The position numbers and the translations under genes are program-made. 64,000 bases of DNA from NCBI GenBank assembly GCA_000708835.1, contig DF237453.1:1-64000 (forward strand). The letters run 5' to 3'. Origin of the DNA: Klebsormidium nitens (lineage: Eukaryota > Plantae > Klebsormidiophyceae). The notes under the pieces were generated by a model, which worked only from the letters and a program-made list of their open reading frames with translations, was not told the origin of the DNA and made no database searches. This document shows positions 1-12,821 of this stretch, piece by piece; the first letter of the stretch is position 1; each line of letters starts with the position of its first letter.

Positions 1-458
1 CCCCGCGTGGAGCCCCCTTCCAGGCCCTGAGAGCCGGCAGCCAGCAAACAGACGTGTTTGGAAATCAGGCGCCCCCAAGCTGCGTGGAGTCCCCACCCTG
101 TATGCTGATCCCAATGTGGTGTAGGAAGGAGAAAGATGACAAGGAGGAAGGTGTGGAAGGGCGGCGGGGCTGGCTGGGAGGGCGGGGGGAGATGAGAAGA
201 AGGGAGCTCGCGAGAGGCGAGGCGAGATTGAAAGCGTGCTAAGTTGGAAGGGCTTGTTTGGCCGAGGGAAGGCGCTTCTGGTTCTTGATTCTTTGGAATG
301 AAACATTTCGCTGCTCAGAAGCGTTTTATAGCTCGCTTCGCTCACTCAATTTTGATCTTGTCGCTCTCTTCGAGCTCAATTTAGACGTAGACGTCAGGAA
401 TTGATATGTTCGAGAGCGACATGTTGTGAGTTTCGAGTTCGCTTTCGCTCGCAATAGC
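1..458. repeat. Direct repeat, copy 1 (left end runs off the window); copy 2 at 2365-2822
   Basis: 1-458 matches 2365-2822 at offset 2364, with about 4 substitutions seen. Both copies end at ...CGCTCGCAATAGC and then diverge. Confidence 0.92.
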
Positions 459-1118
459 TTTACTATTTCAACGAAATGTTTAAGAAATGGAGAAGTTTGG
501 GTGTTGGGTGCAGCTCTTCGACGCAATATCAACATCTTCATATCTTATATCTTCATATCTCAAACAGCTTCACCCAACGCTCAAAACGATCTCCATCTCA
601 ACGCGATCGGTACCCACAGAAGCAGGTGGAAAGGCCTTAGGCAAGGGAAACGCATCAGACGGAGCACTCAAGGCAGAACTGCAAGCCGTCCTAAATCCTA
701 TTAGGTGGATGGAAGATCAATAGTCACTAAAGTGACGACAAGTTGGTGAAGCCATGCACGCATGTATGGCGGATGATTGAATTAGAGCTTAGAAGTCTTT
801 ATGGGAATTGTTTGTAGTGGGGTTAAAACAAAACACAACTAGGTCCTAGAGGCCAGAAAAAGCATGGAAGCATTGAGCTGAGAAACCTACATTTAATGCA
901 AGGAGTTAGCCTGATTCCAATCCGGATACAAACGTCTGTAGAAGTCCGCCAAAACGTGGCCACAAACACGACGTCCTCAATGTGGTCAGACATAACCGTA
1001 TGACAACCGAGCTCAGACGTGCCACGACGAACGACTACAATCGACAACGACAAGGCCCTACGCAGATGTGCAGTTGAGATCAGAACAGGCCACGAGGCCA
1101 ACACCAACGAGGACTAGC

Positions 1119-1293
1119 GACACTTGCAAGACGGGACACAGCCCACTGAGATGGCTGCAACGGGAGACGGGTCACAGCCCACACGACACTGCCAGCATAT
1201 ATGCAACACGAGACAACCAAGCAACAATACACGACACTTGCAAGACGGGACACAGCCCACTGAGAGTGCTAGTACAACAACAACAGTGACACA
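1119..1293. repeat. Tandem repeat (~114-bp period) running into the assembly gap
   Basis: GACACTTGCAAGACGGGACACAGCCCACTGAGA occurs at 1119 and 1233, with a partial degenerate copy (GACGGGTCACAGCCCAC) between them. Confidence 0.8.
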
Positions 1294-1794
1294 NNNNNNN
1301 NNNNNNNNNNNNNNNNNNNNNNNNNNNNNNNNNNNNNNNNNNNNNNNNNNNNNNNNNNNNNNNNNNNNNNNNNNNNNNNNNNNNNNNNNNNNNNNNNNNN
1401 NNNNNNNNNNNNNNNNNNNNNNNNNNNNNNNNNNNNNNNNNNNNNNNNNNNNNNNNNNNNNNNNNNNNNNNNNNNNNNNNNNNNNNNNNNNNNNNNNNNN
1501 NNNNNNNNNNNNNNNNNNNNNNNNNNNNNNNNNNNNNNNNNNNNNNNNNNNNNNNNNNNNNNNNNNNNNNNNNNNNNNNNNNNNNNNNNNNNNNNNNNNN
1601 NNNNNNNNNNNNNNNNNNNNNNNNNNNNNNNNNNNNNNNNNNNNNNNNNNNNNNNNNNNNNNNNNNNNNNNNNNNNNNNNNNNNNNNNNNNNNNNNNNNN
1701 NNNNNNNNNNNNNNNNNNNNNNNNNNNNNNNNNNNNNNNNNNNNNNNNNNNNNNNNNNNNNNNNNNNNNNNNNNNNNNNNNNNNNNNNNNNNNN
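1294..1794. other. Assembly gap (N run)
   Basis: About 500 consecutive N. ORFs spanning it in the ORF track are artefacts. Confidence 0.99.
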
Positions 1795-1840
1795 TACAAC
1801 CAACTATACAACTACACAACTACACAACTACACAACTACG
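1795..1840. repeat. (ACAACTAC)n-like simple repeat at the right gap edge
   Basis: TACAACCAACTATACAACTACACAACTACACAACTACACAACTAC. Confidence 0.85.
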
Positions 1841-2364
1841 GCCCCACACGACCACGAAACCAACGGTCTGGAGTCCACGTACGACAGACGACAACGTGAA
1901 CACTTGTCCACATGCAGCCATTGTGACCATCACAGCGGGGAAACAAACAGAGAGGAATTCGAAAGAAACGCCAAAGGCAAACGCGTCAGGGAAGCCTACA
2001 TAGTCAAGTGGTCCCTTGCAGCCGCCATGTGCAGAGGTGCGTGACCACATGTGTCGTGTCCGTTCAATTGCAAACCGGTGGAAAGTACCTGGATGCCGGG
2101 GCACGAAAGAGAAATAGTGTCAATGCTAACAGGATCGCAGAACGGGAGCAGCGTGCAACGAGGAGATTGAAAGCGCTCCCGGTATGGAACTCACCGACTG
2201 CCCTTTCAAGCGCCATGTCAGCCCACTGAAAGCTTCGCAAGAGATAGAGACACAAAGCAGGAGACCATGTCAGAGCACAGCCCGAAAGAGAACACCATCC
2301 AAACGGAGGAGTTGGCCTGTCAGATTGGAGGTGTAGAACGCGTGCATGTCGTGTAGACTTGGAA

Positions 2365-2822
2365 CCCTGCGTGGAGCCCCCTTCCAGGCCCTGAGAGCCG
2401 GCAGCCAGCAAACAGACGTGTTTGGAAATCAGGCGCCCCCAAGCTGCGTGGAGTCCCCACCCTGTATGCTGATCCCAATGTGGTGTAGGAAGGAGAAAGA
2501 TGACAAGGAGGAAGGTGTGGAAGGGCGGCGGGGCTGGCTGGGAGGGCGGGGGGAGATGAGAAGAAGGGAGCTCGCGAGAGGCGAGGCGAGATTGAAAGCG
2601 TGCTTAGTTGGAAGGGCTTGTTTGGCGGAGGGAAGGCGCTTCTGGTTCTTGATTCTTTGGAATGAAACATTTCGCTGCTCAGAAGCGTTTTATAGCTCGC
2701 TTCGCTCACTCAATTTTGCTCTTGTCGCTCTCTTCGAGCTCAATTTAGACGTAGACGTCAGGAATTGATATGTTCGAGAGCGACATGTTGTGAGTTTCGA
2801 GTTCGCTTTCGCTCGCAATAGC
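2365..2822. repeat. Direct repeat, copy 2 of 1-458
   Basis: About 99% identical to 1-458. Confidence 0.92.
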
Positions 2823-2829
2823 GACAGCG

Positions 2830-4850
2830 AAAGTTGAGTAATTAAAGCGGGTTAGCGATGCTTGGCGAAGGACTTTTTATGCCAAAGTTGCAAGAGCTCC
2901 TGTTGTCACCGCGTGCTGGACTGTGCACCTGAACTTTTCAAATACTATAACAAAGTTCCCCTCTAGCAAGGGCTAGGTACTTCGCTCCTCATGCCGCCTT
3001 GATTTGAAGCTTTTCCTTGGTCGTCCTGAAGACTGTAACTCAAGGTGCCAGTGGTTTCATGCAGAAGTTTAATGTGCCCCATTACGGAATCTTTCGAGTG
3101 TCGGGGGGTCGAACAGGGCTTTTGCTTTCGCAAACCGGTGACGAAGCCTGTGGCTGCGCTCTGTCACCGTGATTGGTATCGTTTGTACTTGTTGCGGTTT
3201 CCTTAGTCCAAATTCGTCCAGGATCTCGGCTGTTTCTGAAGGCATACTATACATAGACAGTATGGCCTATCCGTTTCGCTTAGAAGAAACCGTATTCTGA
3301 AGTGCAAAGGAACGAGTTTTGGCTGTCCTTGTATGTTTGATAGAACTGCCGGAATTAGTCATGGGGTCTAACCGTCAAGTATCTAAGCTTTGAGTTGTCA
3401 GCGTTGCTGGTTGAACGGAGGCTATGATGTAGACCTGGGTACCGCGGTCCCGCGATCATTGGCATACCCGTGAGCCACGATTATTTACGAAGGTTTAACC
3501 AGTTGCAGCTTGCGAGGGTCTATTTCGGGGTCTATCTTCTAGCCCTTGGACTTTGGTCTAAACGCCTTTTTCTGGCATGCCTTGCTCATGTCCGCCATGT
3601 GATTAACGTTCACGGTTCGAAGTGGCCAAATGCGAAAGAGTTGCTGTGTTTTGCAGATGACTGCCTGTCTGACCTTGTCACGCATTACTTGATTGAAGGT
3701 GCCAATTTGGAAAGCGATCCGTGCTTAATTGACAACGGGTCCATTCCTTTATACCTTCAAAGAGAATCATCGCCGGCTACGTTGGATCCGCGGCTACGAT
3801 GGCCCATCTCCTTGTTTGTCTCTGGATTTTGAACAGCATAGATGTAGTCCTGGCCCTTTCCGTTTGTCCTTTGCTTCGATCGAAGCAAACGATGACTTTC
3901 AAGTTCCTCAACAATCGCAGCGGAAACAAGTCGGATAAAGGACCTTTATTGAGTGAATCAGGAAGAATACTCAAGGGATCTGATACATTGTTGTCGGTCA
4001 GTTCCGAGTCCTTGTGTTGAAACAAAAGATTCAGGTTTGTGAAAGAGTCCCGTTAATTGCAGTTTTTTGCTTCTTTTTGTCCGAGCTTCGAACTTTTGTT
4101 TCTTTTTCGTCCGGCCTGAGTTCTAAAGGCCTGCAGTTTGTACCAGACGAATTCTTCACTTATAAAACTGCATACGGTTAGATCAATAGCAACGGGATGG
4201 GCAGAACACGTTGCCGTGCTGAAACAGACGGTGGGCTTTCTAGGCCCATCATCTTATCTGGACTCGGAAACAGGGCTACGCTTGTAAACTATTGGTCACC
4301 CTAAAGTCATCGCGAATGGGTTCACGGGTATTTTGGTACCAATTGGTGCCAGAACTTTGGCAAAATTCATGTTAATTGGCCAACGCTTTGGTTACAAATG
4401 CTGCGAACGATAATAAGATCACCTATCCGGAACGGGAACAACTGAGGGTTATGGGTGGTTCAACGTGGAAACGAGTGGGTAGGAAGTTATAAATTGGTCC
4501 CATCGGTTTTCCCCGCTGCTCGAGCTGAAGCGTCCTCAAACTCACTAGACAAATAGCTGGGCGCCTTCCCCTCTATTTAGATCCAGACCACGTCACATCC
4601 GTCATGCTTTCAACCCGTGCATTCGTCTCGTCTCTCAAATGCATCCGTCCTTTTGGAGTATGTACAGGATTACCTCGATGAGGAGCCTCCGAGGAGATCA
4701 AAAATTGCATGTCACCTGCCCTCTGCTTGGTAAAGTCATTTTCCAGGGGCCGCGCGAGGAGTACACGCAAAGCCCTAATGGGCTGATTTGCGGCTGCTCA
4801 GTACCTACCTTCGTCACTGCTCATACGAGGAAAGCATGTATTTTCAAATC
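2830..4850 (+). mobile_element. Decayed non-LTR retrotransposon (L1/Tx1-like LINE) ORF2 remnant: RT plus possible zf-RVT, 5'-truncated
   Basis: Degenerate RT motifs occur in canonical order across frameshifts and stops: DCAPELFKYY (~2920, cf. DG.P.EFYK), CPIT (~3075, cf. RPIT), EQGF (~3110), INVHG...LLCFADDC (FADD at 3650-3661), EGANL (cf. SGAKIN), then a weak FW...TCP zinc-finger remnant (~4650-4730). Confidence 0.55.
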
Positions 4851-5734
4851 AGTTCGTAGGACACAGTCAGCAATCTCCTTAAAGTGAGCAAGCTCGACAG
4901 GTCTCTGATGCCTGAATAACGAGCAGAATCGTCGAAAGACTGTACTGAATTGAGAGCTCAAACCTAGTCAGAGCATGCAGCTTGTGACGATGATTATTGT
5001 GTGGCTGGAATTGCGGCGATGACATTACTGGGTGTATCCTTCACCTCCACTGACGTCGTCGGGATGTACTGACGCCACAACCACGTGCTAGCACTAGCTT
5101 TTGCACTAAACTTCGCATTGGTCTTCCACAACCGGAAAATCTCTTCCGTTTCGCGCTCAGTGTCTTGCATGAGTACAGACTTGGTTGAATGTTGATCTGC
5201 TTATCAATCTACTTGACGTACCTAGAACGGGTGCTGGATAGTAGTGGCCTTGAGGATCTTTCGGAGGGATAAACTTGCCCAAATGCGCCACAGTATTGCT
5301 TACCTTACCCCAAGTCCGATGCCGCTCTTAATTGTCCACCGAAAAAGTGGGTAGCTTTCATGAGAGGTTCGTATACGCTCTGTCCTTTTCGCCCACCCTG
5401 CTTCCGAGCGCTCATGCTCCTTTATGCATTCGCTGTTTGACAATTGACCAAAAACTAAAGGCTGTAATCTTGATACCCCTTCACATCTGTTCTGCCATCC
5501 TGCGAGCTATAGTATCCCCACAAAATATGCGTACTGATGTAAGAGCCACATGGGCTAGAAAAAAGTCACGGGCTTTTCAATCCCCCCTGCTCCTCTGTTT
5601 GCTCCTGATCTTTTCCTTCCCACCTGTCAGATGGTGTTGGTTCCTTCGGGTCCGTTGTTTTAGTTTGTTGCCTCCTTGTGCTCCAAGACTCTCTGCTTAG
5701 ACATTTTTCAAGATGGTATTTCCGCGGCACTCTC

Positions 5735-6285
5735 AGATCCACCGCGCTTATGGACCTGGAGCTTTTCGGGACGCTTTTGTCCGTCGCAGCAAGGAAGACG
5801 CTAACTCTGGGCAGTGTCAGTATGTCCATAGACGAAGTGGTCATGTCCTGATGCCGCCATCGACTGTATTCCTCGATCCATGTATCCGGCGCCTTTTAGG
5901 ACGCTTCTGTTTGTATCAGCGATTAAGACGCTTACTCTGGGCAGAATGATTGTTACCATTGTCGTCGTTGCGTCCTGATGCCGCCTTCAACTGCGTTTGG
6001 GGATCCAAGCGCTTATGGACCTTGCGTTTGCTTTTAGAAAGCTTCTGTTTGTCGCAGCAATGAAGACGCATACTCTGGGCAGTGTGATTATGTCCAATTT
6101 CGTGGACGCGCCCTGATCCCGCCATCGACTGCGTTCTGGAAGGCACCGCGCTTAAGGATCTCGCGTTTTTCAGATTGAAGTTTCTGGTTGTCGCAGCGAT
6201 GAAGATCCGCGCAAGTTACTCTGGGCACTTTCATCTTGTTTATAGACGTGGTTGAGATGTCCTGATGCCGCCGATGAATACAATC
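5735..6285 (+). repeat. Diverged tandem array of 4 units of ~130-146 bp
   Basis: The anchor ACTCTGGGCA is at 5804, 5934, 6072 and 6218. Each unit also carries a GTCGCAGC..GAAGAC-like and a CCTGAT(G/C)CCGCC block. Confidence 0.88.
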
Positions 6286-7849
6286 TGGACATTCGTGTCA
6301 TGCTTTGATGCTCGTTTCGTTGCGCATTTCTCTGTTCCGCAATTTTAACGGCCCGCCAAAAGCCCAATCCGAAAACGCTCATGGCTTCTGCTTTATTCTC
6401 CGAAGGTCGCCTTCAATAATGATATCTCAAGCCTTTGGCAATCTTGGACCATCGTTACTCAGGCAGATGAAAGCAGGACTTGGTGATGGAATTGAGTGCT
6501 TGCCCTTTGTTTCCAGCCAACAGTTGTGCTCTTTTTTTGCGATGGAAACGTTCCGCAGACGCTCCCCCTTTGAAAAGGTGTCCAGGGCTGCCCTTCGAGC
6601 CATACTCGAGGCTCGTGCGCTGCCCAAAACCAATGAGCTCATTCCAGCGCTCAAGCACAGGAAGGTTTGGCTGCTAACCAGAATTGATAATGAAACTTCA
6701 TTGTGGTTCTTTGACCAACAACCGCGTTAAAGCCATTCATCCAACCTGGTTATTGCCCGAGTCTGGTCATTGGACAGTTAAACAGCTCAAAACCCCCCGT
6801 TGTGATTTACCCCCCAGAAAACCCTATAAAGTCTCCCTTTGGTCCTTGCCAACGCCAACACTATCTGCTGGGATCCTTTGAATTTCTCGGTCATTGCAGC
6901 GCGGCCATGACGAACTTGGACAGCTGTGAGCTCTTTCCAGAGTTCAATCTCTTTTTGAACCAATGGGTCATCTCCGACGGCCTCATGACCGGCCCGCTTT
7001 CAGCGTTTGCAGCTCTCGATTCGCTCTGAGCTGTCCGGGCTACCTCTTTTTTGGCCACTTCGGCTTTCCATGCCTGGACGTACCCGTTTTCGATATAGCA
7101 ATCAAACCCTCATGCATCTGCGCTCGGCGACAGGGTACCACTAAGGGAGGTTATTGCCCGAGTGACCATTCGGAATTTTCCAAGGTGCCCCTTGCCCGTT
7201 TGTTTGCTTGTCGTGGGAATGCGTGCACGCTGCTGTGAGCGCCACAACGTTTTGCTCGTCAAAGAAGGAGCTTGTGAAGCTTGGACGCTCCAAATTTACG
7301 CGCAAGTCCTGCGAAACTTTTGTTTCTGAACCAGACTCTACTCCCGGCCATGATGACGAATACAGGCGCGTGGGCCCACTTCAGTGCTCAGTGTGTCCAC
7401 CTTGGTCTCATCTGACGCCGCCATAATCAGCTGAACGGACTTTCTGAACCCGTGGATTATCAAGCGCTGATGGATCTAATGGCCTTGCCTCCGTCAGTCT
7501 AGAGGGGCATCAATGATGTGCACAAGATTCACCGACGTTGAAATTCTAAGAATAACATGAGTTGGTCTGGAATATGCAGGGACGCTCCGATACCATGCGA
7601 ACACCCTTAAAACTTCCGGGGTTGTGATGATTTCAGCGCAATTCGGATTTTTAACTTCGTTAGTCAAAGCTTGTGAGCACGCATGCGCAGTGTTGGCTTC
7701 AGGCGCTATCATTGCTTGGCCAGAAAAGCTTCGACTACTTGAGGTAAGGAAACCGAGTTTGCTCATCCGGATTGTTACGGAGGTCCTTTTCTAGTGGTGC
7801 TGCCGTGAATTACACGGCAGCAACTCCAGAAAAGGACCTTCCCTAGAGC

Positions 7850-8060
7850 TGCTAGTGCTTCATCAATCTTGTCGTGACCATAACGAGCTTAAAGTCAACG
7901 ACAGCCCAAGGCTTTTGTACCCACAACTCGAAAGCAAACGGTGGCGATTTGAAGTACGCAATTTCCATCGCAGTCAGACTATATTTCCGAAGGTTCGGAG
8001 GCTCGTAACTCTTGCCGTGTACGCAGCAAAGTTGTAGAAGGAACCCATTCACGTGATAGC
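7850..8060 (-). pseudogene. Possible KDZ (Kyakuja-Dileera-Zisupton) transposase remnant
   Basis: The minus frame reads VNGFLLQLCCVHGKSY...VVDF, resembling the KDZ G.F...C.HG and VD.FH motifs. Heavily degenerate, with shorter than expected spacing. Confidence 0.3.
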
Positions 8061-11000
8061 TCAGATCTAGTAGATTTACGCAAGGTCAGCTTCTTCGTTT
8101 GACTAACCTTGCGTCCGTGACGTTCAATGGGTTTATCACTCGCAACCCACTGGAAGTATGCTAGCTTGAGTACTGACGCCCGCGGCTACATTTGCGCCCG
8201 CACCTTTTGCATCTGTGATCGTATTAATCGTAGTGCATGTACCTGATTCTGCTTGTTTTCCGTCTGTAAACATTTACACGTGTTTCATTAAGTGCTTGTC
8301 GACTCGCTCGACGTATACGGAACACGGATTCATGTCTTCCTGTCCGGTTCTGAGGACACTTGTTGAGCGTCACCGTGCTCAATTGCTCCAGGAGAATCTG
8401 CTCCACCTCAGTCTACAGCCGGTTCTAGGCGAGTCACCGAAGAAGTACCTGGTCATGAGAGGTTCTCTCCAAGCGGCCTTTCTCGCCCGCTGCTTACGAG
8501 CGCGTGCACTCACTTCACGATTACGTACGAGGGCCGGCCGCGCTCGCTTCATGTTTTCACCGTTTTGGTATTGAAGCAGAACTTCGACGCCTTTTACATC
8601 TCGATGTCAGTGGCCATGAGGACAGACTGGGAGCCAAAGTTGCCCAATTAACACGGTTATCCGGGACTAAGCGCTACACTGCAGTGATCGAATCATCCCC
8701 ACCTTCATCAACACCTTAATCTTTCCTCTAGAAGGACTCACATATTGCATCTTACAATGTGTAATTGGTTCTTGTGATTGCCACGCCATGCCAAGTGCTT
8801 TGAAGTCGGGCCTCTTTCCAGTACGTTCGTCAAGCGGCGTTCAGTGTTTCTTGCTTGTTGACCTGTGAGACTTCTCAGGGCGCTTCTCTGTGTAGCGGCG
8901 ATGCAGACATCTGTTTTTGGGCACTTCCCGGGGGCACTTCGGTTTCGTCCAACTTCTCTCTTGCAGTTGAATTGACGCCGCTGTCGACTGCAAGGCCACT
9001 GGATTCCACTCTAACATCCCATTCTATCATCCCGCAAGTTTTAGAGCTCGCTCGTTTATTTTTGACTTTCCCGCCTCGTTTGAGTTGAGCGAGCAAGCCA
9101 AGGAGCCGTGCTAGGCCGGCAAGGTAATTGAACGGACAACAGTAAGCAGGCTATATTCCAACTCGAGGACGCGTTTTGGGACAGCGCGAGAGTCACGGCT
9201 GCTTTCGTTGCTGGTTGCTAAGGGCCCCTGGGCTTCTGTAGTCGTCTCTTTAGAGAAGTATCTGGTTGTGCCGTCTATCTTGAGGCTTATGCGCTGCCCA
9301 ATACCCCCTGCTTTCAAACCGCCCGTTTAAGCTATCTCCCATGCCATGACATGCCAATCTTGTAATATCTTCTCTGGCATTGAATTCCTGGTTTGGCGGC
9401 CTGGATCCAGAAGGCCGCGCTTACTCCACATTTCTTGTTATTCTGTGCGAAGCACACACAGTCGGAGAAAGCGGTTGAATCTGCCCGCCCTGGTTACGAA
9501 AGAGAGAGCGTTTTGGCTGCTTTCTCTAGGAGTTGCTGCCGGCGTGCCCTCTAGCGTGGGCCGCTCCTCTCGAGGGATGTTTGTCATCGAATTCACGGGC
9601 CACTTGCTCGAGATACATGATCTTTTAAAGGGACTCAGAATTTCACCTGTTCTGCCCCCATGTGCCAGTGCTCTACAAGCACAGCATATATAAGAGGAAG
9701 GTATTTTTGTAGAACTTAAGTTGTTGGCAAGTACTCGGGTGCATCGTGCGGACCTTTTATACAGACCGCCTCCATTTGTCAGAGTTCTCACTAGTACCGG
9801 TTATCAAAACTAGGCGTGCAGGCCTGCTTGGAGTCATATGCCTGGTTGCAATATCATACTTCGAAACAATTTGTAACAGTCGCTTACTACATCAAATGGA
9901 GCTGCGCAATCAAAAGTGCAAAAGACAGAGCAGTCCCAAAGGGTCACGGGCAAGGCTCTTGTGTCTGTCGAGCTGCAGTATTTTAAGAAAGACCCGGACA
10001 CTGTCACGTAATATTTTGTTTCCGGTTAGATGATGAGAATAGTTCGGTCGCTGCTGGGCCCCCCATCTTTGCGCACCGCTTTTCTGTGGGCCCCCTTCTT
10101 TGAAAGGTTGTGCTGACGTGCGTCATGCATTGCCGCGGCACTGACCGTGAAGTTTGCGCACTCAAAGGCGCAATCAATCTACCTGTGTACATCTAACAAA
10201 ACTTTGCAATAGAAGCAGACCCCCGAGTTTGCGGCCATGGATGAACGATTACAGGAGCGTGGGCCCTATTTAGTGCCCAGAGAGTCTTCGCTGGTCCAAT
10301 CTGCATGACGCCGCCACTGCCTGCTTCATTTCTTAGCGGCGATTAATCAGCTTCGCTGACGTGACCACCTCCATACAACGTTTCGTTTTGACATTTCCGG
10401 TTGGGCGCCCCGGTTCGCGCCTTATCCTCCCTGTGTGCATGCGTCGGAGTTCTCATGCAACCTGGCCTAGGTCTGGCAGGACTCTTGAGCGCCTCTCGTT
10501 GATGAAACATTGCGGCCGTGATGACTACCTATAACCAGTGGGTTGAAGGCTCAGTCTATGAGAACAGTCAGGCTTCCGAAGCCGCCATCCTTGTATTTAC
10601 AGTCGTTAACTACTGAACTACTTATTTGATGCAGGCTACCTTTCATCTGCCACATACTTCGAGTGGTCTCGCATCTGCTCGTCCGAAATCGTTTCGAGGC
10701 TTTGTCTTTCAAATACATTCAGATTTAAGGAGGTCCCGTCCCTAAAAAGGTGAGTTTCTCTGCCCTTGGCGCGTCTCTGCTATTGCTTCAAAAGGCGTAT
10801 TATTTCTGACGACATATTGAAGGACTGCTGGCAAGGGCTGAGTCTCGTTGAGATTTCCTCTCTCCGTAGCGATGGGCATATATGGTGATGTGGCCGAAGT
10901 TGTGCCAGGCACGTGCATGCTCGTTGCTCGGTATGCCTGTCTTCCGTTCACACCCTCGGCAGCAATGGTTGGTTTGTGCAAAGAGAACCAGCAAAACATC

Positions 11001-12821
11001 TACCAATCCTTCCGTGTATTCAGCCGTCGGATTTTTTTAAAAGGAAGTAAGGACCTCGGCTGGATTGATGTACTTTTGGAAATGTGATTCATGTGTGTCG
11101 TAATGCACGGAGCAGGGCTAACAGCAAAGTGGATTGATCTCATTTCACATGAATGATCGATTGAGCCTTCTCCCTGTCCATGCAGGTTGTCCTAGCTTTT
11201 ACAAATGGCCGATCTCGGCAGAGGGTGGCGTTACTATACTCCAATACTTATACTTGGGTCGAAGCAGCAACCATGGCAGCGTCTACGTTTCTCGTCGGAG
11301 ATTCTAGGAGATAAAAGAGATCAAGACGACGTTCCTCGTCCGATATTCTACGAGATGATTAAAGAGACTGGATACGTCAGGGTCCGGAGCTTGGCACCCT
11401 TCGCAACCCAGATAACATCTCGTCTTCGATTTCGTTACGAGGATTGATCCTAGGCATATAACTAAGTTGTCACATGTATCACTGACATCATGTTTCTTGC
11501 TGTCGAATTGATAGCTCGTCATGAGCAGATGCATCAAACTAATAGCAGGCTCCTACCTTAGCGAGTCAGCGTTCAAATTGTATCGTGTTGCACCCCCGGT
11601 CAATTTGTTGCGCCCTGAGGCCCCCCCGAGTCTGGCCGGCCATTGAAGCACTCGATGGAAGTATCTGTTATGCATCATGTTTGCATCCCTGTTCGTGTGC
11701 AACTTACAAGTCGCCGCTGTCTGCAAATGTCCAAATTTTGGAAGGCATGGTCAGAAGGCTCGCGCACTCAGTCATGAGTGTCTATCGCGAACCTTGATTC
11801 GCGCTGCCCGCTTCAGTGCACGTCGTGTGCAGCATGGGCCAGTTGTTGCATGGTTGTGCAATGTAGCAAGCGCGATGCAGATCAGCCGCCTCGAGTAGTC
11901 CTTGGTGTGCGAACAAAGGACGTACCAGACTCAAAATCCGTACTAAGAGCGTGCATGATCGCATGATTAGAAGCGTTTTCCTTCAAGACTACGCCGAAGG
12001 GCCTGTGAGGGCTACAGTGCTCGCCGCCAGCTATGCTAGCTGGCAGGCCGGGCTGGCATTACCCATCAGCCGGGCCGCGCCCCCTCACGTCGGCGCCTGT
12101 AGAAACGCGGGCGGCCGCGGCGTTTACGTTAGCTACTGTATGACGTGGCGCCAAAAGATATCAAAGTTGCATTCACTTCTTGCCAATCGGGTCCGATTGT
12201 TTCCAGAGTTCAGGAATATACTAAGAGGCATTGCTCTAGTTTGGCTTTTGCTAGCTAGATGGCACCCGGTTCTTTTGCCAAGTTTTGGGAAGATTCACAG
12301 GACGTGAAGACAAGAGATCATGGTCATATCAGCCAGCTCCGAAGTCAAGTGCTAGCTGACGACCTCAGCGCCGTCCTTGGTGGCTCATAGAAGGTGCATT
12401 CACAGTGTGGTGGTGTATGTTTTGCGGCGCTATATAGAAGTGGAGAAGTGGAAACCCCAGGGTCTGCTTTCTCAAGTAAGGCTGTAGGTTGAGCTTGTTC
12501 TTTTCTTGTGATACCCTTGTGAGAATGGGTTTTGAATACTGATCCGTTGGCGCCCTGTTCTGATTGCTTGCTGACAGAAACTTCTTTTCTTTCTGGCTCG
12601 CATTCGGATCTACCACCATCGGAGGTCTATCTGTATACATACATTTTCTTAAGGGGTACATGCAACTGCAGCGGGGTTCAAATCTAGAAAGCATCCTGAC
12701 TCTTAGAAACCAATATGACATTGTTTTAAGCCCCGTGACATCAAATCACGGCAGCATTGTTCGTAGTGGGAAGTGTGACTAGACAATTGCACTCAACGGT
12801 GCAGATCAAGACCACGGCGCC

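Noticed and set aside
1114-2044. Long ORFs of 180-306 aa in the ORF track
   Set aside because: They are open only because they run through the N gap.
1-2822. LTR retrotransposon interpretation of the 458-bp repeats
   Set aside because: No TG..CA termini, both copies continue with the same bases after the last CA, and no PBS, PPT or gag/pol motifs were recognised between them.
5735-6285. CRISPR-like array
   Set aside because: Units are diverged along their whole length, with no identical repeat and unique spacer structure, no cas genes, and a eukaryotic context.
10860-10930. PHD-finger-like remnant (W*CGRSCARHVHARC)
   Set aside because: Only half of the Cys/His pattern is present, with a stop and no upstream CxxC; could be chance.
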